Shown here piece after piece: positions 12,350-23,150 of a DNA stretch of 64,000 nucleotides. Both the position numbers and the translations under genes were made by a program. The notes under the pieces were generated by a model that saw nothing but the letters and a program-made list of their open reading frames with translations, searched no databases and was not told the origin of the DNA. The DNA comes from Harriotta raleighana (lineage: Eukaryota): NCBI GenBank assembly GCA_050575255.1, contig JBNZDD010013650.1:3132073-3196072 (forward strand). Reading direction: 5' to 3'. The stretch's first letter is position 1. Every line of letters begins with the position of its first letter.

Positions 12350-12470
12350 TGAGCAGCGTTTCGCCCACAACATTTACAGTCAATTCACTTCACTGTATAT
12401 TCGGGGAAATGCTTTGAGACATCTCTCAAAGACGTGATCAGGCACTATATCAAATGCAAGAATTATTATT
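12350..12470 (+). mobile_element. SINE 3' part just upstream of the last acceptor
   Basis: GCGTTTCGCCCACAACATTTACAGTCAATTCACTT...GACGTGATCAGGCACTATATCAAATGCAAGAATTATTATT. Confidence 0.8.
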
Positions 12471-12547
12471 TTAACATTGGTGGAGATTTTGGTGCTGCTG
12501 CTCTGACCCATTTTCTGGTTACTGATGTGAGCTTCTCCGTTTTACAG

Positions 12548-12835
12548 CTCTACGTCACAGCCAGCACGTCTGCACGTGAGATCGTCAAGCTGGTGGTGAA
12601 GGAAATGAATGAAGCGTCGATTAAAATGTCAGGGAGTACGGAGGCGCTGTGCTACAGAGATGATCAACTTGATCATTTTGGCCTCATGCTTGTCACAGAC
12701 ACTATGGAGAAATGGCTGCGAGATGACTTCCAGCCACTTTGCCTCCAAAACCCATGGACCAAGGGCAGATTGTGTGTCCGAATCAAAGAGTTCTCCCCTC
12801 TCTTACTGCAATATGGAAAAGCAACAACCGTATGA
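12548..12835 (+). CDS. ANKFN1-like: ANKFN1-like terminal coding exon (RA-like domain, stop)
   Basis: Acceptor ttttacag|CTC in phase 0. Encodes LYVTASTSAREIVKLVVKEMN...FGLMLVTDTMEKWLRDDFQPLCLQNPWTKGRLCVRIKE...GKATTV then TGA. The pattern resembles a ubiquitin-like Ras-association fold. Confidence 0.88.
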   Translation, partial: LYVTASTSAREIVKLVVKEMNEASIKMSGSTEALCYRDDQLDHFGLMLVTDTMEKWLRDDFQPLCLQNPWTKGRLCVRIKEFSPLLLQYGKATTV

Positions 12836-15800
12836 AAATATCAGCGTTCACACAGTTAGATTATTAACACAAAATCTCCACACTCCTTTCCCAGCATAGC
12901 ACTGGAGAGACACGCTTGTAGCAAGTGACAACAGAAAGAAATGTACTTCCTTATCTTACCAAAGACTGAGATGGCTGGACGAATTTTGCAAAGAAAAGTT
13001 GTTTCCAGCTGTTGGGAGTTAATGTAGTTATCAATGTTGAAGCGTGATATTTTTGTCAGTTAATTTCTTTTCTGAATTTCTAGGGAAGAAATTGTTGGTG
13101 AGGAAGATGGAAGCGAGGGTGAAGGACTGCAATTTCAGTGCACTGTTTGCTTTCAGGGTTAGGAACACACAAACACAATTGATCTCTGTTCAATAGCCTC
13201 AACTATTTTGAAACGGGAATAAAGAGAACATCCAGCAACTCTGTCCGTAGAAAATTTCTCATCCCGACAGGAATTCCGAATTGTTGTATCCTGCTGCATT
13301 CGATACTGACTTTTGTTCCCTACAGGGAGCAAAACAGCTTTCCTCTTGTTTACAAGTAGAATGAAAACTCTTTCAAAAGAAAACTGTGGTTATTCATTCA
13401 GTCCAAAACCTAACAGCATGATATTATGTTAGCGGGACACTTAAGTGATGTGATTTTGTGATATTTATGGTAATATGAAGGCAACAAAGTGTTTAGTTTG
13501 TGTAACATAATTTAACCTTATTTTTAATTTGTATGTCATAGGAAATAGCATCTGTTTGGAGATTATCCATTCCACATTGATGGTGTCAAACTCTGCCACC
13601 AGCCCCATTCTGTTTCCATCCCTGGCTTGCTTCTTTGAGTAATGAGACTGATGTGGGATTGACAGTAACGTCACATGCTCTTAGCTTTTTACAAGGAACA
13701 AGGTGGGAACCAAGATAGCCTAACATGTGGCCCAACATTTGGCCTGCGGGATATGAAATGGCTGAAAAACCTTAACAGGAACTGAACGGAGGAAGTATAC
13801 TTGATGGAAGAAATTACTTAAATTAACAGTGTTTCGTTTATTTCAGAAGTATTTTGTGAAAATTCTAAGTATGTTTTAAATTGGCAAAAGAGTCAATATA
13901 TGTTTGATATCCTATTCCCTCCATATAAAAAACATTGTAAATATGTTTCTATGTTCAAGCATGATGGAGGTCTAACAATGTGAAATGCAATGTCTTTATA
14001 CTATATGCCTCACAGATTCTCATGTGTGGATCATCTTTATTGAAATTCTGTGTACAATTTGCAATAGTAGGTAGGGTGTATTAAGGATGGCACAGAATGT
14101 CCTTTCTGGTGAAAACTAAAGCATACCCTTGACTGTTCTCCTCTGCCACACCACCTAGGGTCCACAAGGGATCTTGGATTAAGACAAATTGAAGCAGTCA
14201 GGTGGCAAAAAAAACCTAGCAATTGTTTATTGAGGCAACCCCACTGTCACAAGCCACTGTGCTCCGTGTCGTGAAAGTCTGTGCCCATTCATAAGGGATT
14301 CAGGTCTATATAGAGGAGCTTCCAGCACACAATCCCAAATATAAGTGAACACGGGCTTCCCTCAACCAAGTAAAACACTGTATGGTTTGAATAGCTGTGG
14401 TAAATTTTGAGATACTCTGAAATCGGGTCTTAATGTAAGTACATTTTTTTGTTCTTCTAAAGTATCACGTGTGTAAAGCCTTTGGAGCTTGCCGCAGCAG
14501 TTTTAGATTCCATCTATAAAAGTATATTTCTTTGGAGTATCTGTTTTTCTACTTTATGCTGTCATATGAAGTGGGACATATTCAATGTGCTCCATTCAAC
14601 AAAGGTAACGTAATGGGAACATGAGTGGTTGATGAGACATTCTCTTTATCCATCTCCTTCCATGGAGTGTAGCGGGGTGGTGGAGGGGGAAAGATTGGTA
14701 TCTCGGAAGCTGTTTACACCAGTGAAGATTCCCCATAACATTATGCCTATTGTAATTTATTTGCAGTGTGTGTGACATAGAGTATGTTTATTTTTGTAGA
14801 CTGTAATATTTGACAAAAATAATTCAGCATTTTGTTTGCAGGAGTTCATTGCAGGTATTCTATTAACAACAGGAGCAGAGGATTGGGCTGGAGTGTGGGA
14901 GATGAGGTAGTCCAATTCTCCAGGACAGGTTTAGAAGTTCTCTTGACTTGAGATGCTTTGTTAGTTTTGGCAGGGAAGCACCGGAGTGAAAGATACCTCA
15001 ATTAGATTTGGTTCATTCGTTCCAGCAGCAAATCTCTGGCCTGTAGCCTAAAACTTCCTTCAAGTGGGAATGTTCCATTAGTTCCAGCAGCAGTGTGTTG
15101 GGATTCCCATCCTGGGAGCTCCTTCAGTTAAGAGTAAACTCTCACAGCTGCAGGACTAATAGAAGTCTGGACCTCAGCCTTCGAATATGATGAGATTTGT
15201 TGGTTGCCCATGTGGGATTTTTCACCAGCTGGTTTGTCACATTGTTTCACTTTATCCATTTGGTCTAAATTATATGAACAATAAATAATCATCCTACATT
15301 TGCTATGAGGTGTTTCATGTCAGGAGGATGTCTGGAAGCACTTTGCTGATATAATGTAAAGTACAGTACCTGACAGTGTTTTGTGCGCAAATTGTAGCTG
15401 TTCCTAACAGTTTGTTAATAATTAAATTAGAAGAAATAGCTACTGTTTCTGGTAATGGGGAAGTATATCAACTTGACTCGATCTACTTCCAGGTTGATCT
15501 TGCCATGGGTCAGAGTGACAAACTTCTGGATGCTGGAATGAGATTTTATTTGTGTTATATAGGTCGTTATTAACTCCTGTTAGGAATTACCACAATTTAG
15601 ACCTCAAGAACTAAATCCAGAAGGTGGAGAAGGACAAAAACTGGCAGAACCAGCTCATCCTACGAAGGTTGACCTCTTTATCAATTCGTCACAGTAATGC
15701 ATTCAGACCATATATTCCGAGGTCCACGACTTAGCCCTCTCGCTTGAAGGAGAATGCACAACCACGAGCAGCCGTGGAAGGCAGGGCGAAAAGTGGGAAA

Positions 15801-18109
15801 CGGTAAATTCTTTCAAAATTCATATCCGTTATATTTTATTATCAGCGAGGTGTGAGGCCACATGTCGATTAAGAGATAGGAGGTAGGATTTGGTTTCATT
15901 CTAAAAAAAAGAAATGAATGTATGAAGTGGTCAGTTTTTACAGGTTCAATCCTCAAAGTGTGCTGAGTTTGTTGATTTCAGCCAAAGCAATATTATTGGC
16001 CTCAGGGAGAGAAAATAAGTCAGGAATCTTGGTCGTGATACACTGTTGAGAGAGTCTTGATAAAAGGTACGAAAGTGTGTAAGTCAGTTCAAGATAGGAT
16101 TGTACTTGACTGTGATGCCTCAGACAGTTAAATAGCCTGTCAGTTCTTTCACAGATGAGTACTAGCCACTTGTGAATGGCACTTGAGGGTGTCCATGAAG
16201 GACCAAAGCGAAAGTGCAGGAAAAGCAAGCAATTGAGGAATGAGAGGGCAATCTTAGTGGAACTGTTAGCAAATGTGTCACCAACAGTAAAAGCAGAACA
16301 ACTGAAAGCAAACTGTTCGAGTGGGGCAATGATCGATCACAAGGCCAATAACAGGGAAAAGGACCAGGCTGATAGGACTATTAACTAGAAATCCTGGGAT
16401 GAGTATGAGCTTTCAATGTGGGGGTACTTGATAGATGACAGTAATCAAAACATGATTGGCCTGGAGACAAAACCAAAGGATAAATTTGGGAGAGCTTTTA
16501 AATCATGAGTGACTTAAACATAGAAAAATTGGAATTATCAACAACAACAAAATGACATTGATAGAGTGCCTCTCGTGTCGGGAGAACGTCCCAAGGAGAA
16601 CGTAGCATACTAAATTATGGCAATTTTTATAATGTGTAAATTCCATTGCAATGACATAACAATAAGAACCCTGACAAGTAACGTGCACCATAAAGCCAAG
16701 CTAAGGCTTTAATCACGTGCTGTTTGCTAATCCTACTATAATTTTCACAACAAAAACTTTAAAACAGCGCATATTTCTAATTTTTTGACTTGCAAAGTTC
16801 TTCAACCTGAATTTTGCATCTATCAAGAGAGTGATGCCAGTGCTGATAAATTGAACACTTTTTTTAAACTTTTGATACCAAAGTATCAACACTAAACATT
16901 TCCAAATCAGCAGCAAGATGGATTACAGAGCATAGCTCTCTCTGCCTTCTACCATCCAGCATTCCCAGATCATTATAATGTGGGTTAAATGCAAAGTAAG
17001 TCTTCCTTCACACCCCCGTTGGTTCAAAATCTTTCTATATTGTCTCAATTTAGCTTAAAGTCATAAGAAAGGTGTCACCTCCAGTATGTTATTTTCTCTT
17101 CCCACACCAATTTCCTCAGGACAGAAACTTGTGCTGTGGGCCACATTTACTGACAATTGGTATCTCTCGGCACCCTTACAATGTGTACTGAGAGTAGAAC
17201 ACTTCTAACTGGGCCAGAGGTGCCGTTGACCAGACCATGTGGCAGTCTCCGCATCAAATGTTCCAAGTTACTCTTAAAAATACAATCCGTTGGTTTCATT
17301 AGCACTGCTGACTTCAACACATTAAATATGGCGGGTGATAAATTGAACACAGGTTGGAAACAATACAACGAAACAGTAAGAGACTATCAATTTTCAAAAC
17401 AAATTAAAATTCCTCAATATAAATAAGATATATCTTAAAGGTTGTCAAGCCAGACTTGTGGTGAGGATGCTGGAAATGCATTTTGTGCCACTGGGCCAGG
17501 GAGTGGGAGAGGAAAGAATCAGCCATGGTATAGATGTCCTACGAGGACAGGATTACACTCCGCTGTGCAGGCTCCCGCATGGTCATATTCCTGCAAGGAT
17601 GCCTTTTCTGGGTTTGCACATGAAGATTGGCCAGTTGGGCCAAGTTATGGAGGGCTCTCGTTGTCTACAGCCAAAACCCAATTTGTGTCTGAACTTTCAA
17701 AGAAGGATAATAAAAAATAATGTTAAGTGAAGAGGTCCCGTTTGACAGCCTTTCACATTAATGAAAAGGATGAATTTAAAGCATCCAGATTTTCTTACAG
17801 TTTTATATCAACTTAATATTTAAAAATAAACAAAGTACTTACATTTTTAGAAGTGTTGCCTTGGCAGAAAGCACCAAGGACCTTTACGCTCTCTGCCATC
17901 CTATGTACAGAAATGGATGAGATTGATATCTATGTGCAATTCCTTTTTCATTCAATCAGGACAGTTGATTCCAACCTTAAAGTGTTTTGTTGCGAAGCAC
18001 TGTGTAATTCTTATGGTATGTGCATTTAATACCTTTTTTTGTCGATTGCACTTATGTTTTTACTCTTTGCTGGTGGATGTGAAGCAGTTTTTTGGGGAGG
18101 CATGTTTAA

Positions 18110-18137
18110 GTTGTGTGCGTGTGTGTGTGTGTGTGTG
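18110..18137. repeat. (TG)n microsatellite
   Basis: Directly visible. Confidence 0.9.
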
Positions 18138-18193
18138 AAGTGCTTTGCTCTGTCTATGTATAGTGACATTTCACTGGCAATCATTTTCATTGC

Positions 18194-18199
18194 AATAAA
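18194..18199 (+). terminator. Candidate distal polyadenylation signal of the ANKFN1-like gene
   Basis: AATAAA preceded by U/GU-rich sequence and followed by a U-rich tract (GACTTTTATTGCTTCTTTTG). A proximal AATAAA lies at 13218-13223. No transcript evidence. Confidence 0.35.
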
Positions 18200-20469
18200 A
18201 TGCTATTTCTGTAAAATGCTGGTTGACTTTTATTGCTTCTTTTGACTCGTGCATGCCAAAGTTTCTCATTTTGATTATACTGTAAAGGAGAAGAGGCACC
18301 CTGTACCAGAGTTTGATGGGTGCTGAGTTAGTTGATGTTTTGGTTATAAAGATGATATAAGTAGTTTCAGAATTCCTGAACTCGATCAGGGGGACAACAA
18401 CTAAAGGATACCTCCTAATTGCTATTTAGAAATTCCCCTGATAGAAAGTGTCTATATGAGGATAGGTTTGTGCTTAACTATCCCTACAATTGTGAATTAT
18501 TCGCAGTCAAGTTGCACATCAAGAATGACTACTTGGGTTGATGCCTACAGAAACATACCAGACATAGGCAAGAGACCCGAAATAAGTATGGGCAAGAGAA
18601 GTACAGGGGATAAAGAAAATAGGAAAAATAAAGTGCAAGTGTGATAAATATTATGTTAGTGAATCTGATTACGTCTTGGAATATCTCCATTCTAGTCTGA
18701 AGGAATACATCACTTTTCTAGAGACTGATGGAATGAGCTTTATAAAAAAAGTCAGAGAGGCTGAAAGTTAGAAGTTAGATGAAAGTGTCGGGGAGGAGTT
18801 GGGGGTGGAGTCATTCTGTCTGAAGGTTTGACAGTTGATGATGGGATGCAGGGAAATTAGTGATCGGAATCAGAAGAGTGGACTGTACAGGTGGGAGAAT
18901 GGGACGGAGGAAATAGCAAAGTTAGGGCAGAGTTGGAAGGTAAAGGGCTTCGAAGATGAGAATGGAAGATCTTGAAGTCAATCAGCTGGAGAACAACCAG
19001 AAAGAAGTCTTCATCCTTGGAAAGATCAACTTCTTAATGATATGGTTGTTAACCCTTTGCATATCTTTTCTGATTCCAGGTGGAATGGCTGGTTGAAATT
19101 AGGAACGGTGGATAATGGGTTAATGAAGTCCCAAGCGCCTGAACTGTTGATCTCACATAGTAACAGGCTGATGTTGCTTTCTTCCAAATGAAATATTTAC
19201 GAGGCTGTTGGGTGTGAAAGAACGATCAGCCTCAAAATGCTGCACATTTTCCACCGTAATCCATTATGTCCTCAGACAGACGTTAATTACGTGAATATAT
19301 GATGTTCAGTTTCACTCAGCAGCTGGTTTGCTGAGTTTCTTGTGGTTGCAGTGTGCAGTGTAAGAGAGGCCAGCTGTTGTGTGCTGAATAGAGACATAAC
19401 AGAGCCGATGCCGAAATGCTATTTATTGTTTTAAATGTGTCCGATTACATGGCCTCGGGTAATGACGAGCTACTGAGTTAAAGCCGAAGGCACTGTGTTT
19501 ACGACACAAAAACTCAAAGGTGTCTTCTCGTTGTGCGTGTGGCTGGGATGTAGCTCAATGATGCATCTTCTCACACCTCCCCTTGTCCGAGCGACAGCTA
19601 AATGATTGGCAGCGAGTTCGAGTTAGACTCACTGTGCTCTTTGTGGTTCACCACCTAATGCTCCGTGAATCTTGGACACATTCGTTGCTTGATCCCTCGG
19701 CATTAACTGGAAATGGAAACACAATAGGCAGTGGTAACACTGTTTCATGGTACCAAACCGCATAGATCCCCCTTTAATTCCTCGCTGCCACCACACAACA
19801 AGTAATGATCATGGATTTCCAGCCACTTCAGAGAAGTTAGGAACTGGCACAATCCCTGCCGTACAGTGAAGCTGTGACTGACCGCAGTACTTTGGATGTG
19901 TTTGAATAGTATAGAGGTGGCACTTGCTGCTATTTCTAGTTCGTCTTGGTCCAAGATTTCTTTTAAAAAATTGTCCTCTACTTCGATCAAAGCCTTTGTC
20001 TCTTTCTCTCAGTTTCTGCCTTTCGGTTGTAACTGCACTGATGGCTCCACTTTCTGTGCCATTACAATAGCTTCTTACTCTGCCAATTTTTCTCATCCAT
20101 GGAGGCCTTTTTATTACTTCTGTCCAACTTCCATCTCTCTGTCATCACCCCTTCGCTCTGCTCTCCAACATTAACTAATTATTGTCCTACTTTCCATCCA
20201 ACTAGCTCTGCAGTTGACCAGTCATCATCTGCCACGTACAAAACAAGCAGTCCGTCTTCATCGAGCGGTCAGTATGCCTTTTTTAGTCTCTTCCCCCCCT
20301 CCCCCCCCTCACCATTGCTCTGCCCCATCATTCACCTGGGGAATGGAGAATATCACAGCAAAACTGTTAGACAGAAAAATATTAGCTTGGGATCAATTAA
20401 TCCCCTTACTTCATAAAGCCAGTGTCAAACAACCATAGAAACTTGGGAGTCCCAGGCTACTCAGCCAGA

Positions 20470-20660
20470 ATGGCAATAGAAATGCTACATTTGGCCTTAG
20501 TATCAGTAAGTTAGGGAGAGTAAAAATACATCTAGGGTTTCTGCTCCTGTTCACTATCCAATGATTCTCTGCTGGAAAGTGCACATGTATATGCAATGAG
20601 AACAGAAACAAGTATATTATCCATCATATCCTCTGTGGTCAAATAGCCTGTCAAAAATCA
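20470..20660 (+). mobile_element. Ancient interspersed repeat (old SINE-like family), body
   Basis: CTAGGGTTTCTGCTCCTGTTCACTATCCAATGATTCTCTGCTGGAAAGTGC core, with related copies near 18320-18560, 28960-29090, 30285-30510 and 47200-47510. Confidence 0.55.
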
Positions 20661-20892
20661 CATCAGAAATAACAGTGAATTATGCTAGGAAATCAGAGGA
20701 TTTCTGAGGAACCATTTCCCTATAAACATGAATCAGGCATTAAAGGCTTATTGAAAAAGTAAATACAGTATATTCAAATGAAACTAGCCTCCCCAAAGAT
20801 CCCGTGAAAAATACATCAAAAGCAGAATATTCAGTGGTTGACTCCTTGTTGTCCATTCACACTTCTGATGTGTTTGAAAACACCAGTCCATT

Positions 20893-21470
20893 ACATTTGT
20901 AGAGTGCCTTTCATATCGGGAGGACATTCCAAGGTGCTGAACAGTCAAGGGTCAGAACCAAGGATGAGTGGGGAAGGAGTGGGGACAGCGTTGGGATGAG
21001 GGAGATCAGAGAGATAGGAGGGCATCCAATGGCACGGTCGAAGAGGAGGGTCTTGAGACTGGACTTGAACAGGCAAGGGTGGGAGCAAGGCAAAGGGATT
21101 GTGAGATGGAGTTTAAAGGCGAGGGGCAGAGAGGCTGAAAGCCTGGCCATCAATGGTAAGGAGGGTCGGGCAGGAGACATGGAGCAGGCCGGTGCCTGTC
21201 AAATGGAGGGAGCAGATAGGTTGATAGGGGGTCAGCAGGTCAAAGAGGTAGGAGGGAGCAAGGCTGTGGAGGACCTAAAATGTGAGGAAAAGAATCTTAA
21301 ATTTGATCCGCTGAGGAATGGAGAGCAAGTATTGCCGGGCGAAGGTGGAGGTGATGGATTTGCAGAGCCTGGTGTGGGAGAAGACACAAGTTGAAGAGTT
21401 TGGGATTATCTGCAGCTGGTGGAGGGAAGAGTTGGAGAGGCTGACAAGGAGGGAGTTACCGTAGTCGAGA
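20893..21470 (-). mobile_element. L2-clade LINE 3' fragment
   Basis: Minus-strand LDYGNSLLVSLSNSSLHQLQIIPNS...IPQRIKFKILFLTF and FKSSLKTLLFDRA, followed by the L2 3' stem-loop near 20895-20940. Confidence 0.88.
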
Positions 21471-22369
21471 CATCTCAAAGTGTTATGCAGAGAACAGTAT
21501 ATAATAAAAGGAATTGACTGTACATTTTGTGAGCGAAATGTTCTAATAAAATGGTGGAAAAGGAACAATGGGCTGAATGGCCTCTCAGTTTGATATCAAG
21601 TTTTTCATGTTGGGAAGACATTGCTGAGCCCAAACTATGGTCAGTTCTGGTCGGTATCAACACTAGTTTGTGTATTTGTGCTATTGAGGGCTCATGGTAG
21701 TGTGACAAGTATTTATTCACTAAAATAGGGATACTACTATATTTTATATATTCTACAAAGGCATCTATGCCACAGACCACACAGTACGTGTTCAATGGAG
21801 GATTAAATGTTGTGATGGATAACACTCTGGACTTTCACCTCCAAGATCTGGGGTCAAATTCAACCCTGTGCCAATGGTACAAACGTCTGCTCTGTTTGCT
21901 TGGACCTGTCCTTTGGGAACATGCTGGAACAAGGAGCACTCTGGTCATTAAATGATAGCATAGTCCCAATTCCTAAACTCTCTAGAAATAGGTTAGCATG
22001 ATGCATCCCTTGGGAGAGGTGGGGAAGTACTCCATACCAGACAATTGGAAACCATACATATGTGGAACAGTCACTTGGTTTGAGGATTGTTGAGCACAGT
22101 ACAGTAATTGGTTTTGTGAATGAGCTTCAAGTAATATAATGGAATCTTTAACGTCCATCAAACAGGGCAAATATGAATTAGACATCTCATCCAAAGGACA
22201 GAAATCTCAATACTGTAGAACTATAATAGAGTTTACAGTTCATTCCTTTAACATTACTGATCATCCCCGCTCTCTTCTGCAATGTCCACAACTGTCTGCA
22301 GTACTCTAGGATCTGAACTCAACTGATTTGCCAATACAGCATAGAATCCTGTTTGCCATGTTTATTTCT

Positions 22370-22500
22370 GATATCTCTCTCCCCACCCTTATCCTGCCCC
22401 TCCCAGTTGCTCGGGTCCCGAGCTCACTATTCAGCACCTTGGGACATCCTCCCGACATGAAGTGCACTCTATAAATGTAATTTGTTGTTGCTGTAGTTGT
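22370..22500 (+). mobile_element. L2 3' UTR and tail
   Basis: C-rich UTR, then CAGCACCTTGGGACATCCTCCCGACATGAAGTGCACTCTATAAATGTAATTTGTTGTTG. Confidence 0.8.
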
Positions 22501-22689
22501 TATTCTGTTTCACACTGTTTTACCTAGTGAGTAATGAGTCAACGAACATGCCTATATCTCTGTCCGCTACCCCCTGGCAAGTTCTAAGTCATCTATGGAG
22601 TTCAACCCTCCGAGGTACTACCCCATATATAGGGTGCTATATACTGTAAATGATATTGTTATTGTTGGTGGTGATTTGTTCTTGCTATG

Positions 22690-23030
22690 TATAATACCTT
22701 ACAATGCAGTTCTCTGCATTGAACTTCATTTGCCAGTTATCAGACCATGTGCAAACATTATCAAGCTCTCTTTTGTAAGATCTTAGCTGCCTACTCTGAT
22801 TCCATGATTCCCCCAAATTTGGTGTAATTTGTGAATTTCACTACCTTCCACTGTGTCTGCAAATTCTGGTTAAAAATATGTACAAGAAGCAGAAGGGTTC
22901 CCAATACAACCTCCCATGGCTTCCTGCTTAATCCCTCCTCCATTTTTACCTTATGCCCCTACCCTCTGCTTCCTTCCCTTCAGCTAATTTCAAATCCATG
23001 TCCATGAATTGCCCATAATCACTAGTAACA
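22690..23030 (-). mobile_element. CR1 fragment, degenerate
   Basis: GCATTGAACTTCATTTGCCA...CCCCAAATTTGGTGTAATTTGTGAATTTC...CCCTACCCTCTGCTTCCT is typical antisense CR1 RT sequence. Confidence 0.6.
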
Positions 23031-23033
23031 TTT

Positions 23034-23150
23034 GAAAGTCTCCTCTGTGGAGTTAGATATAAGGGTTCTATGTGAAATATGTTTCAATAGTCAACCCAGT
23101 TCCTAATGACTGTGAACTCACAGCACAATGCTGCCCTTTATTTGGCAGCA
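23034..23150 (+). mobile_element. LF-SINE-like ancient SINE fragment
   Basis: GGTTCTATGTGAAAT...AGTCAACCCAGTTCCTAATG...CACAGCACAA resembles the LF-SINE body (GGCCTATGTGAAATGAG...CAGTCCAGTTCCTAGTGG...CACATCACAAAA, recalled). Confidence 0.5.

Noticed and set aside
20996-21394. 132-aa Gly/Arg-rich ORF
   Set aside because: It is the antisense reading of an L2 fragment.
22430-22450. RE1/NRSE-like TTCAGCACCTTGGGACAT (also near 33674)
   Set aside because: The half-site spacing is 3 nt instead of 2, the right half is imperfect, and it arises from CpG decay of the L2 tail.
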